A stretch of DNA of 64,000 nt from an uncultured Candidatus Saccharibacteria bacterium (GTDB taxonomy: Bacteria; Patescibacteriota; Minisyncoccia; Phycocordibacterales; UBA2100), in NCBI GenBank assembly GCA_964437185.1, contig CAYTFU010000003.1, forward strand, positions 26,409 to 90,408, given 5' to 3'. The notes below the pieces were generated by a model that was not told the DNA's origin, did not search any database, and saw only the letters and a program-made list of their open reading frames with translations. Positions 54,725 through 64,000 of this stretch are shown piece by piece (within the stretch, counting starts at the first letter, position 1; each line of letters begins with the position of its first letter). Made by a program: the position numbers and the translations under genes.

Positions 54725-54935
54725 AGATAAGATATTCATTAAACCAATAAATGTATGTACGCCGATTGCTCGACGAGGACTGCGAAATGATCGGCTAAAG
54801 CGTTGCCTGGACATTCGCAATCCAGAGGGGTCAAATATACCCGAATCGCCATCCCCTCACAACTTGACGCAATTGCTCCGACGACGTCTCGTACAAAAAC
54901 TTGCTGTAGGAAATATTTGTGCTACACTTTCGTCA

Positions 54936-55169
54936 ATGGTTTGGCTCCAGCAGATGTTGCCCTTCGTGCAAATTGGGTTGTCGATTCTCCTCATCGTCAC
55001 CATCCTTTTGCAGCGCACGGGTGCATCGCTCGGTGGTGCGTTTGGGGCCGATAACTTTAGTTCTGGTTTTCATACCCGCCGTGGATTGGAAAAGACCCTC
55101 TTCCACACGACGATTGTGCTTGGTATACTGTTTGCGATTTCGGCATTGGTCAATCTTGTTATTAGTTAA
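54936..55169 (+). CDS. secG: Preprotein translocase subunit SecG
   Basis: 77 aa: two TM helices with the conserved ILLQ..G..LGGAFG loop; internal start MVWLQQM in the long track ORF. Confidence 0.65.
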   Translation: MVWLQQMLPFVQIGLSILLIVTILLQRTGASLGGAFGADNFSSGFHTRRGLEKTLFHTTIVLGILFAISALVNLVIS

Positions 55170-55229
55170 ACATTCCTGACGTTTCGTACGTCGGAAGGGG
55201 CATCTGCCTCAATATGCGCACAAAGCGCT

Positions 55230-57020
55230 ATGGATTTTCATTCTTACTTCGAAAAGCTGACACAGCCGCGAACCATCCTCCGACTCTCCACTCTTGAGGA
55301 CATGTTGCGAGCCTTCACGCCGGGAGAACGCCTTGCGTTGTACGCACTTACCATAGTCCTCGGAGCCTCGGCGATCGGCCTCTTGATCGGGCTCAACAGC
55401 GCAGTATCGGTCCGCATGCCGACCTACGGAGGCGCGTTTACCGAAGGGCGCGTCGGATCTGCGCGCTTTATTAATCCGATTCTTGCAATTTCTCAATCAG
55501 ACGAGGATTTATCCGAGCTCATATATTCCGGACTCACGCGAATTCACCCGGACGGAAGACTCATCATGGACATTGCGCAAAGTTACGAAATTTCCCCAGA
55601 CGGCACCATGTATACATTTAAAATCAAACCGGACGCCGCTTTTCATGACAAGTCACCGGTGACCGCCGCCGACGTCATGTTTACGGTGGACGCGGCAAAG
55701 AATGCCGCGTTGCGATCTCCCCGCAGGGCGGATTGGGAAGGAGTAGAAGTATCTTCCCCCGATCCGCTCACCGTCGTGTTCAAATTACCGCGCCCCTACA
55801 CGCCATTTATAGAAAATACTTCGCTCGGGATTTTGCCGAAACACATTTGGGCAAATGTCTCTCCCGAAGATTTTCCCTTTAATCCTGCAAACACCCGCCC
55901 CATTGGCAGCGGACCATACCGAATCGTGCGGACAGAATTCGACGCGACGGGGGCAGCGACGCGCTACGATCTCGCGCCATTTTCGCGCTTCGCGCTTGGT
56001 AAACCATTTCTCAAACGCATGACGTTTATTTTCTATCCCAATCAAACCGCCCTAATCGAAGCCCTCAACGAGGGAGAAATTGACGCCGTTGCGGGCGTTG
56101 CACCACACGATCTCGGTATGGTCACGCGCACCGACATGATGGTCGCCCGTGTCGCCCTGCCGCGCGTCTTTGGCGTTTTTTTCAACCAAAATCATGCGCC
56201 GGTTCTCGCCGACCAAGCTGTCCGAGAGGCACTTCTTGCGTCCGTCGACAAGCAGGAGATCATCCGTTCGGTTCTCGGCGGATACGGGGTCGCGCTCGAC
56301 GGAGCAGTTCCACCGGGCGCAACAGGTACCCATGCGCCGGCGGTACCCGAGCCCTTCGTGAACAATGTGTCGACCAGCACCGAAGCGGAGCTCCGCGCTG
56401 CGCTCGTCGACTCGGCGCGTTCAATCCTTATCCGCGGCGGATGGACCTTCGACGAAGCGGCGGGTGTTTGGAAAAAGAAGAAACTTGAATTATCGTTTTC
56501 GCTCGCAACAGCAGACGAACCAGAGCTCGTTGCAACCGTCAACGCGGTAGCGAAATACTGGCGCGCCGCAGGGATCAAAGTGGCGGTGCAGATTTATCCG
56601 CTCTCCGAACTCAACACCAACGTCATTCGTCCGCGCTCATACGACGCGATCCTTTTTGGAGAAGTGGTTGGACGCACAGCAGATCTGTTTGCGTTTTGGC
56701 ATTCTTCTCAACGCAACGACCCGGGTCTCAATCTTGCGCTCTACGCAAACTCAAAAGTGGATGGGCTCCTTGCGCAAGCTCGCGCAACGACAGAAAGAAA
56801 AGCACGCGAAGCCTTGTATGTGCAATTTGACAACGAGATTGCAAAAGACAATCCTGGTGTGTTTCTGTACGCGCCCGAATTTATTTACCTTGTTCCACAG
56901 TCAGTGCACGGCATTAAGCTTGGCGCACTCTCGACCCCGTCGGAACGATACCAGAACGCATACGAATGGTACGCCGATACGGAAAACGTGTGGAGTATTT
57001 TTACTAGTTCGAACAATTAA
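55230..57020 (+). CDS. ABC-type oligopeptide/nickel-family extracellular solute-binding protein (SBP_bac_5)
   Basis: N-terminal TM anchor; family 5 SBP architecture; no adjacent permease or ATPase genes. Confidence 0.7.
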   Translation: MDFHSYFEKLTQPRTILRLSTLEDMLRAFTPGERLALYALTIVLGASAIGLLIGLNSAVSVRMPTYGGAFTEGRVGSARFINPILAISQSDEDLSELIYSGLTRIHPDGRLIMDIAQSYEISPDGTMYTFKIKPDAAFHDKSPVTAADVMFTVDAAKNAALRSPRRADWEGVEVSSPDPLTVVFKLPRPYTPFIENTSLGILPKHIWANVSPEDFPFNPANTRPIGSGPYRIVRTEFDATGAATRYDLAPFSRFALGKPFLKRMTFIFYPNQTALIEALNEGEIDAVAGVAPHDLGMVTRTDMMVARVALPRVFGVFFNQNHAPVLADQAVREALLASVDKQEIIRSVLGGYGVALDGAVPPGATGTHAPAVPEPFVNNVSTSTEAELRAALVDSARSILIRGGWTFDEAAGVWKKKKLELSFSLATADEPELVATVNAVAKYWRAAGIKVAVQIYPLSELNTNVIRPRSYDAILFGEVVGRTADLFAFWHSSQRNDPGLNLALYANSKVDGLLAQARATTERKAREALYVQFDNEIAKDNPGVFLYAPEFIYLVPQSVHGIKLGALSTPSERYQNAYEWYADTENVWSIFTSSNN

Positions 57021-57044
57021 AAAATTATAAATCTCAGAAAATCT

Positions 57045-58952
57045 ATGAACCCCGACAGCAATCTTAATCCATCGACACATCCTCGCGCAGCGTCTCCGCG
57101 GCCAAGCGCGCCGCAGCACGCACGGCCAAGTGGCCGACCTCCGCAGCCCCAGCGCACGGGCCGGCCAGGAGGGGCGCGCCGCTTTGGACGCCCGAGCCAC
57201 CCCCCGCGGCGCGGAAAAGCGCGGGTAGAACACCAACAGCCGACCGCCCGCAAGCAGGCAACAGCACCAATACCTGCACCCGCCGCTGATACCGTGCGCA
57301 TTATTCCTCTCGGCGGCGTAGAAGAAATCGGACGCAACATGACGGCCGTCGAATACGGGAACGACATCTTTATTCTCGACTGCGGCTTCGCTTTTAGCGA
57401 AGAAGATACACCAGGCATCGACTACATCTTGCCTAATACCGGCTATCTCGAAGAACGTCGCGACAAAATACGCGGTCTCCTCATTTCGCACGGCCACCTC
57501 GACCACATCGGCGGCATCCCCTACATCATCGACCGCATCGGCAATCCGATCGTCTACACGCGCAAACTGACGGGTATGATGATCAAAAAGCGACAGGAGG
57601 AATTTGCGCAAACCGCGCCCGTGCAAATACGCGAAGTTGAACGCGACGAAGTGATCAAGCTCGGCGCAGCGACAATTCGATTCTTCGGCGTTACACACAC
57701 CGTCCCCGATTCCATGGGTATCATTATCGAGACGCCCTACGGCGATGTGGTGTTCACGGGCGACATCAAGCTCAACCACCAAGATGGAATTCCGTCTGAC
57801 GAAGAAAAACGCGAGTTTGGCATCTTTAAGGATCGCAAGGTACTCGCTCTCCTCATGGACTCGACCAACGTTTGGCAGCCCGGATTCTCAATCCCTGAGG
57901 CCACCGTGTATAAAACGCTTGAGAAAGTGATCAGCGAAACAAAAGGCCGCCTCATCATCGCGATGTTTGCTTCGCACTTGGAGCGCCTCATCCGCGTGGT
58001 TCACTTCGCCGAACAGTATGGAAAAAAGATTGTCATCGACGGCCGCTCCATGCGCACCAACATCGAGATTGCGCGCGAAATCGGACTCATCAAGTACAAA
58101 GACGACACGGTGATCGCGGTCGAAAACATCACTCAGTATCCGCCTGAGCGCATCATCATTCTCGCCACGGGAGCGCAGGGCGACGAATTCGCTTCACTCG
58201 CGCGCATCGGCAACAAAACACACAAGTACATTCGATTGCAGCCAACTGACACGGTGGTGCTCTCTTCCTCAGTAATTCCGGGCAACGAACGCGCGGTGCA
58301 AAAACTCAAAGACAATCTTTCGAGGCAAGGCGCACATATCATTACCTACCACGCCTCCGACGTGCACGCCTCCGGCCACGGCAACCGCGAAGAGGCCGCA
58401 TGGATCCACACTCAGATCAAGCCAAAATTCTTCATCCCGGTTCACGGCTATCACTACATGCTGCGTGTTCACGGCGACCTCGCCGTGCAGATGGGCGTGC
58501 AACCAGAGAACGTCGTGATTCCCGACAACGGTACGATCGTCGACATCAAAGCGGGAGAAAAAGCCATCCGTCATACGGCAAAGGCACCCGCGGAGCTCCG
58601 CGTAGTGGAGGGGCAAACGGTATCCGAACTTTCTGATGTGCTCATGCGCGATCGCAAGGCGCTTGGGCAGGAAGGATTCTGCGTCGTCGTCGCCACCGTA
58701 GATCGCCGCACGGGCAAGCTTCACAAATCACCAGACATCATCTCTCGCGGATTCGTCTACCTGCGTGACAACAAGGATCTCATGGATCAGACGCGCCTCA
58801 TCATTCGCAAATCGGTAGAAACATCGCTCCGCAATCCCCGCTCGGCCGACCTCGACGTCGCCCGCGAAGACCTCGCCGACTCCGTCGCGCAGTTCCTCCT
58901 CCAGCGCACTATGAAAAGGCCGATTGTGATTCCAGTAATCGTGTCGATCTAA
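57045..58952 (+). CDS. rnj: Ribonuclease J (metallo-beta-lactamase / beta-CASP) with ~80-aa Pro/Arg-rich N-terminal extension
   Basis: HGHLDHIGG motif, beta-CASP domain and C-terminal domain. Confidence 0.85.
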   Translation: MNPDSNLNPSTHPRAASPRPSAPQHARPSGRPPQPQRTGRPGGARRFGRPSHPPRRGKARVEHQQPTARKQATAPIPAPAADTVRIIPLGGVEEIGRNMTAVEYGNDIFILDCGFAFSEEDTPGIDYILPNTGYLEERRDKIRGLLISHGHLDHIGGIPYIIDRIGNPIVYTRKLTGMMIKKRQEEFAQTAPVQIREVERDEVIKLGAATIRFFGVTHTVPDSMGIIIETPYGDVVFTGDIKLNHQDGIPSDEEKREFGIFKDRKVLALLMDSTNVWQPGFSIPEATVYKTLEKVISETKGRLIIAMFASHLERLIRVVHFAEQYGKKIVIDGRSMRTNIEIAREIGLIKYKDDTVIAVENITQYPPERIIILATGAQGDEFASLARIGNKTHKYIRLQPTDTVVLSSSVIPGNERAVQKLKDNLSRQGAHIITYHASDVHASGHGNREEAAWIHTQIKPKFFIPVHGYHYMLRVHGDLAVQMGVQPENVVIPDNGTIVDIKAGEKAIRHTAKAPAELRVVEGQTVSELSDVLMRDRKALGQEGFCVVVATVDRRTGKLHKSPDIISRGFVYLRDNKDLMDQTRLIIRKSVETSLRNPRSADLDVAREDLADSVAQFLLQRTMKRPIVIPVIVSI

Positions 58953-59219
58953 AAACTTGCTCAAAGTCTTCGTTTGTGGTATCAACCTTGTGCACGAAAG
59001 GAAGGAAAACCAATGTCGATGCACAGCTCTTTACGCGGGAGAAAATCGCGGCGAGAACGGGCCCACCCGGGCCAACTACAGGGATCAGCGAGAAAAAACG
59101 GAATCGGATAGCCGCCCACCACAGTCCGGCACCAAACGGATGGTCAGAGTCCGAACCTGTGACCATCAGGGATTCGACTCCAGAAGGGTGGTTCGTAAGT
59201 ACCTTGCTGTGAGTTGTGT

Positions 59220-59259
59220 GGCGGGGTTCTATCGTTGAACCCCGCCGCAACGCTTTTTA
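59220..59259 (+). terminator. Rho-independent terminator closing a ~260-nt non-coding region downstream of rnj
   Basis: GGCGGGGTTC-TATCGT-TGAACCCCGCC then GCAACGCTTTTTA. Confidence 0.6.
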
Positions 59260-60084
59260 TGCAATCTTCCACTTCCCTTTTTTCTTCACAACCAACCCAT
59301 CCCGCTCCAACCCTTCGATCGCCGATTTGAATCTGCTGTCCGTCGCGATGAGATGACATCTCATCGCACTTTCGGCCTGAGGACCAAAGTGTAACGCGCG
59401 CAAGATTGCGCCGCGGACTTGGCGGAGAGAGCCTTCAAACTTAGATTGCTTTACATGGTGCGCGCTTTTGCGGGCTGGATTTTTGTAAAGTTTTTTGATA
59501 TACACTCCATAATCCATCAGTGCCCAATGCCATTCTCTTGATCCGCCAATGGACGGATGCCCCCTAGATGCCTTTTCCGCATATCTTATTATTCTACGGT
59601 CGTATACTAATAAGATACGGGAAAAGAAGTGGTGGATGAAGGCGGCGCGTATGTTTGTTTCGATAAGGACGTCAAATTCGTTGAATGCAAACACTCGAAC
59701 AGCACCTGCGGTGTAATCCCCGATTCCGGGTAGTGCCTTGAGGTGCGCTTTATCCTTGGGCACTATGCCGTTGTATTTTTCTACAATTACTTTCGCGGCA
59801 TCATGCAGATACTTGCCCCTCCTGTTGTATCCGAGCCCACTCCAGATTTTTAGTACGTCGGCCAATTTTGCGCGGGCCAACTTTCTTACCGTCGGAAACA
59901 CCTTCAAAAACTTCTCATACTTCTCCTGCACCCTCGACACTTGCGTCTGTTGCAACATCACCTCCGACACAAGAATTCGATACGGATCCTTAGTCTTTCG
60001 CCACGGCAAATCATGCCGCCCGTTTTTTCTCCAATACTTCCAGACCGTTGTTCTGAATGCGCGCATACGCGCATTAGAGTTCAT
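59257..60084 (-). CDS. MutY-like HhH-GPD DNA glycosylase lacking the [4Fe-4S] cysteine cluster
   Basis: PYRILVSEVMLQQT..., HhH LPGIGDYTAGAV, ...WALMDYG with no following Cys ligands; 24-nt palindrome inside the C-terminal region. Confidence 0.7.
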   Translation of the reverse strand: MNSNARMRAFRTTVWKYWRKNGRHDLPWRKTKDPYRILVSEVMLQQTQVSRVQEKYEKFLKVFPTVRKLARAKLADVLKIWSGLGYNRRGKYLHDAAKVIVEKYNGIVPKDKAHLKALPGIGDYTAGAVRVFAFNEFDVLIETNIRAAFIHHFFSRILLVYDRRIIRYAEKASRGHPSIGGSREWHWALMDYGVYIKKLYKNPARKSAHHVKQSKFEGSLRQVRGAILRALHFGPQAESAMRCHLIATDSRFKSAIEGLERDGLVVKKKGKWKIA

Positions 60085-60793
60085 ATACGACGTCCTTTCG
60101 CTCCACTACCACCTTCCAATTCGCGCGTTTTGCGTATCGATAGAGGTTTGCGTTGGGGTTGAAACAAATTGGCTTCGAGACGATTTCGAGAAACGATATG
60201 TCGGATTCTGTGTCGCCAACTCCGATGGAGTGCGCGAGCGAAAGCCCTTCCTTCTCCACCGCCCTGCGCACGATAGCCGCTTTGTTGAGAATTAAATGTT
60301 GATCCGTAATGTTGCCCGTAAAACATTCCTGCGGCCCGATCTCGTAGAGCATGCCGTATGTCTTATCAAATCCGAGTCGCGGGCAGAATTTGTCGAGCAC
60401 GGTCTTCGGCGAGTGCGACACGGCGAGTAAGAAGTATCCGCGCTTTTTGAGATCGCGCAGCAAATCGCGTGTGTAACGATACACGCGTTTCCACTGTTCA
60501 TCCACCACCTCCTGCGCAGTATCCGCGAGCTCGCTATAGTGCACGCCCTTAAGATGCTCAACGAAAGATTCGACCACTGCCCCTATATATTCATCATAAT
60601 GCCCTTCGCGATTGAGCCAGCGCTCATACTCGTGCTCATAGACACGACGCGCCGAGACAGGAAAAATACGCCGCTCGATTAGGCGATTTACCACCTGAAT
60701 CAACAGACTCGACCGAAAGATTGTCCCGTCGACATCAAATATCGCCACCTTTCTCTTTTCACTTCGGGAACTACCCCCTTTAGCCGCACTCAT
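60074..60793 (-). CDS. HAD-superfamily hydrolase
   Basis: Motif I IFDVDGTI, motif III K, motif IV GVGDTESD. Confidence 0.75.
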   Translation of the reverse strand: MSAAKGGSSRSEKRKVAIFDVDGTIFRSSLLIQVVNRLIERRIFPVSARRVYEHEYERWLNREGHYDEYIGAVVESFVEHLKGVHYSELADTAQEVVDEQWKRVYRYTRDLLRDLKKRGYFLLAVSHSPKTVLDKFCPRLGFDKTYGMLYEIGPQECFTGNITDQHLILNKAAIVRRAVEKEGLSLAHSIGVGDTESDISFLEIVSKPICFNPNANLYRYAKRANWKVVVERKDVVYEL

Positions 60794-60887
60794 GCCACCA
60801 TACTACCCTCCCGCGACGAGAGGGCAATACGTACTCTCATATTGGTCGCATGTATCCAAACGATGCTCAATCTAGTATTCTTCTCGT

Positions 60888-62153
60888 GTGGTACGAAACC
60901 TCAAAGATAGACTGTATTTCCTCGTCGCCAGCTACTTCTGGTTTTTCGCCCGCATTCGCCTAGCGCACTGGAAGCCCCGCATCGTCGTCATCACAGGCTC
61001 AAATGGCAAGACGACCACCCTCGGTCTCATCGAGGCACAGCTTGGCCCCCTCGCGCGATACTCACACCACGCCAACAGCAGTTTTGGAATCCCTTTCGAT
61101 ATATTGGGACTTCGACGCACCACCCTTCGTCCAGCCGAATGGATCATTCTGGTTTTGAGTGCGCCTTTTGCGATTTGGAAAAAACCGTATCCAGAGAAGA
61201 TCTACATTGTTGAAGCAGACTGCGATAGGCCGGGGGAAGGAATGTTTTTGAGCACGTTGCTCCAACCTGAGGTCGTCGTGTGGCTAAGCAGCGCACGCAC
61301 GCACAGCAAGAATTTTGAAAAATCCGTCGCGCGAGGTCGTGCCCAGAACATCGAAGAAGCAATCGCGCGGGAGTTTGCACATTTCATAGAGCATGCGTCG
61401 CGGCAGGTAATCATCAATGCCGACAACTCGCTCATTGTGGGGCAGAGTGCGCGAGCCACAGCGGACGTGATTGAAATCCACGAGCGAGAACAACTCGAAC
61501 ACTACACCGTCTCAGACTCGGGCACCACTTTCACGCTAAATGGAATCACCTACGCGCTTCCGTATTTACTTCCGCGCGAGACGGTGTACGGCATCGCGGC
61601 ATCGCTTAAGCTGGCCGCCTATTTGGATATACGATCCAATGATTTTACTTCCTTCGCCATGCCGCCGGGCCGCAGCTCACTTTTTCGGGGTATACAAAGC
61701 ACAACGATTGTGGACAGTTCCTACAACGCAAACGTCGATTCTGTCGCGGCGATTCTTCACATGACGCGCGAACTTTCGGCAGAGAAAAAATGGGCGGTGA
61801 TCGGCGACCTCACTGAGCAAGGCAAGCTCGAAAAAGAGGAGCACGAAAAGATCGCCCACCTTTTGCGTGAAGAAAAATTTGAAAAAATTATTATTGTCGG
61901 CCCGCGACTCGCTCGTTTCGCGCGCCCCATTCTCATGCAGCAGTCCGAGACTCCCGTTCTATCGTTCCAGAGTCCACGAGAAGCGCTGGATCACATTCAA
62001 TCGACGCTCACCGGCGGCGAGATGTTGATCTTCAAGGGTGCGCGATTTCTCGAAGGAGTTATCGAGCACCTGCTCGCCGACCCCGCTGATCGCAATAAAC
62101 TCTGTAGGCGGGAGGCGATCTGGCGTGCGCGCCGAAAACATTGGGGACTATGA
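60888..62153 (+). CDS. murF: UDP-N-acetylmuramoyl-tripeptide--D-alanyl-D-alanine ligase (Mur ligase family, MurF-like)
   Basis: ITGSNGKTTT P-loop and Mur ligase central and C-terminal domains; 13-nt overlap with the downstream gene. Confidence 0.7.
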   Translation: MVRNLKDRLYFLVASYFWFFARIRLAHWKPRIVVITGSNGKTTTLGLIEAQLGPLARYSHHANSSFGIPFDILGLRRTTLRPAEWIILVLSAPFAIWKKPYPEKIYIVEADCDRPGEGMFLSTLLQPEVVVWLSSARTHSKNFEKSVARGRAQNIEEAIAREFAHFIEHASRQVIINADNSLIVGQSARATADVIEIHEREQLEHYTVSDSGTTFTLNGITYALPYLLPRETVYGIAASLKLAAYLDIRSNDFTSFAMPPGRSSLFRGIQSTTIVDSSYNANVDSVAAILHMTRELSAEKKWAVIGDLTEQGKLEKEEHEKIAHLLREEKFEKIIIVGPRLARFARPILMQQSETPVLSFQSPREALDHIQSTLTGGEMLIFKGARFLEGVIEHLLADPADRNKLCRREAIWRARRKHWGL

Positions 62154-62851
62154 CACGCACCTTTATTTTGCACGGCTGGACATATCAAACTGACACATGG
62201 CAGCCAGCGCTCACGATGCTTCGTGATCGCGGATTCGACGTAGAGTTTCTCAACATCCCCGGCCTTACTGACACGATGGAACTGATACCCGCTTCAGGCT
62301 GGACGCTCGACGATTACGTCGAGTGGTTAGGCAAAAAAACTGAGGCGTACCCCAAAGTCATTCTTATCGGCCATTCAAATGGTGGCCGCATATCAATGGC
62401 GTTTGCTGCACGGTATCAAGAAAAAGTAGAGCGACTCGTTCTTGAAGACAGCGCAGGAATTCCTGCACGCGGTCGGCGCGCACTCAAGCGCGATCTGTTT
62501 CGAGTCATTGCAAAACTCGGAGGCCTTGTCAGCAAATCGCAATTTCTGAGAAAACTTCTTCACAAAATTGCGCGTGAAAACGACTATCAGAATGCAACGC
62601 CGGAGATGCGCAAGACCATGGTGAATCTTGGATCAGTGGATTTCACACCCATCTTCGAGAAGATTAAAGCGCCCACGCTTGTCATCTGGGGCGAAAACGA
62701 TACGACGACACCCCTCTCTGCCGGAATGGAGATCCACAAACAAATCGTCGGTTCGCGTATGACGATCGTAAAAGGCGCTCGCCATTCGCCGCACATTACG
62801 CACACTAGTGAGTTTGTCGATCTGGTCGAGAGAGAACTTTCACAGACATGA
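62141..62851 (+). CDS. Alpha/beta-fold hydrolase
   Basis: Nucleophile elbow GHSNGG and C-terminal His (GARHSPH). Confidence 0.7.
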   Translation: MGTMTRTFILHGWTYQTDTWQPALTMLRDRGFDVEFLNIPGLTDTMELIPASGWTLDDYVEWLGKKTEAYPKVILIGHSNGGRISMAFAARYQEKVERLVLEDSAGIPARGRRALKRDLFRVIAKLGGLVSKSQFLRKLLHKIARENDYQNATPEMRKTMVNLGSVDFTPIFEKIKAPTLVIWGENDTTTPLSAGMEIHKQIVGSRMTIVKGARHSPHITHTSEFVDLVERELSQT

Positions 62852-64000
62852 ATATTTTTAACTCCCTCGGCTCGAACTACACGTTTGGTTTTGCGTTGCG
62901 TGCGCTCTTATCGCGAGACGGGGCGAGCGCTCGGGACGAACTTCAAACCTACCTCGAATCCCGCTACGGTGGCACTGCGACACTCACATACAAGGGCCGC
63001 GAGGCGCTATATCTTGCCGCATCGACGCTCCCCGAGGGGGCAATTGCGATACAGGGCTATACATGCCTCGCCGTCTACGAAGCGATTATCGAAAGCGGTC
63101 ACGCCGTGCATTACCTCGACACCCCTGAAAACGGGCTCAATTTTTCTCCCGCCACTCTTCAATCTGCTCTTGAGGCCAATCCCAATATCCGCGGCGTCGT
63201 GATTCAAAATACGATCGGGGCCTCCTGCGACATTCAGACGATTAAAAAATTGTGCGGTAAGTACGGCGTCGCCCTCATCGAGGATCTCGCACACTCTATC
63301 GGCGCACGCTACGCATCGGGCGAAGAGGCAGGTACGGTGGGCGACATGGCGATTCTCTCCTTTAGTCAGGACAAAGTGGTGGATGCTGTCTCAGGAGGCG
63401 CGCTCATTGTCCGCAATCAAAAATATGAGACCGCTTCAATACACTTTGCGCGTGTATCTGTGTTGCAACAGCTCAAAGACAGAATCTATCCTGTTCTCAC
63501 TTGGAAAATACGGACCGCGTATCGCATGCATGTGGGCAAGGCCGTTCACGGTATCGCCCGCGCGCTTCGATTACTCTCATCTCCTTTCGGCAAACATTCC
63601 GCGCGATTCGTGCGCGCGCTTCCCGGATGGTATTGCGCGAATATCCTAAGACAGTTCCAGGTCCTGGATAATACTGCCAGACATCGACGCGAAGTTGCCG
63701 CCACCTATGCCCGAATTCTCGATAAGCACTTACTCTTTTCGTACGACATCCCACATTCAGCAAATCTTCGCTTTCCCATTCACACACACGATCGCGACAG
63801 TCTTATTCGATTTCTTAAGGCGCGCGGCGTTCATATCTCCGACATCTGGTACGACGCGCCAATCGCTCCCGAAAAGTACATGCGCCGAACGGAGTACAAA
63901 GGCCAGTGTCCTCATGCTGAGAGGATTTCAGAAATGATGCTCAATCTCCCAACGCACGTCAACGTCTCGATGGCAGACGCAGAAGCGATAGCAAATGCAG
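62848..64000 (+). CDS. DegT/DnrJ/EryC1/StrS-family PLP-dependent aminotransferase (partial, runs off window end)
   Basis: Frame-1 ORF from ATG 62848 (ATGA overlap with the upstream stop) with no stop to 64000; motifs LIEDLAHSIG and SFSQDKVV (PLP lysine). Not in the ORF track because it is open-ended. Confidence 0.65.
   Translation, partial: MNIFNSLGSNYTFGFALRALLSRDGASARDELQTYLESRYGGTATLTYKGREALYLAASTLPEGAIAIQGYTCLAVYEAIIESGHAVHYLDTPENGLNFSPATLQSALEANPNIRGVVIQNTIGASCDIQTIKKLCGKYGVALIEDLAHSIGARYASGEEAGTVGDMAILSFSQDKVVDAVSGGALIVRNQKYETASIHFARVSVLQQLKDRIYPVLTWKIRTAYRMHVGKAVHGIARALRLLSSPFGKHSARFVRALPGWYCANILRQFQVLDNTARHRREVAATYARILDKHLLFSYDIPHSANLRFPIHTHDRDSLIRFLKARGVHISDIWYDAPIAPEKYMRRTEYKGQCPHAERISEMMLNLPTHVNVSMADAEAIANA

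Noticed and set aside
54725-54935. CIRCE (HrcA) operator upstream of groES
   Set aside because: I could not find the TTAGCACTC-N9-GAGTGCTAA inverted repeat on either strand, so no regulatory call is made.
58955-59259. Assigning the rnj-downstream structured region to SRP RNA or tmRNA
   Set aside because: The GGAAGGAAAACC stretch only loosely resembles the SRP domain IV motif, and no tRNA-like 3' end (GGTTCGAATCC...CCA) is present. Reported only as an unclassified candidate ncRNA.
62885-63202. 105-aa frame-2 ORF from the track
   Set aside because: Low-complexity translation. The frame-1 reading from 62848 gives an uninterrupted DegT-family aminotransferase with conserved PLP-lysine motifs to the end of the window.

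Overview
Dense, mostly minus-strand bacterial window with short proteins and small intergenic gaps. By inference only, the gene content (class II B12-dependent RNR, type IV pilus genes, giant repetitive surface proteins, several thiol-disulfide modules) fits a Patescibacteria/CPR-like or similar small-genome organism.

Housekeeping genes recognised from the translations: pilin-PilC-PilB operon, thioredoxin/CcdA/TlpA redox operon, DsbA/DsbB pair, HisS, a CDP-alcohol phosphatidyltransferase, LepA, MurJ, NrdJ, OtsA, HtpX, LemA, GroES/GroEL, SecG, an ABC-type solute-binding protein, RNase J, a MutY-like glycosylase, MurF and a DegT-family aminotransferase. RNA genes: four tRNAs (Phe-GAA, Arg-CCT, Gly-CCC, Ser-GGA) and an RNase P RNA.

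The most unusual part is an accessory island at roughly 4.1-22.9 kb. It carries two REP-associated tyrosine transposases (RAYTs), each with its own family of palindromic REP repeats. It also carries three toxin-antitoxin-type modules and a set of large secreted proteins: a 1963-aa protein with 14 tandem Cys-pair repeats, a 1069-aa cadherin-like/DUF11 adhesin, a DUF642-like protein and a CAP-domain protein.

Within the island sits a two-gene unit encoding a secreted lysyl-oxidase-like copper amine oxidase (His copper ligands and LTQ Lys/Tyr precursors conserved) plus a snapalysin-like metzincin. I consider this the best candidate for an undescribed extracellular protein cross-linking or remodelling system.

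Other notable observations: a 24-nt perfect palindrome present both inside the RNase P RNA and inside the mutY-like CDS; a possible structured RNA between RNase J and the mutY-like gene; an OtsA fused to an N-terminal membrane sensor domain; and a convergent ATP-grasp / arginyl-transferase-like pair.

No CRISPR array, rRNA or integrase was seen. All calls come from reading the sequence and the supplied ORF translations; no database searches were run.
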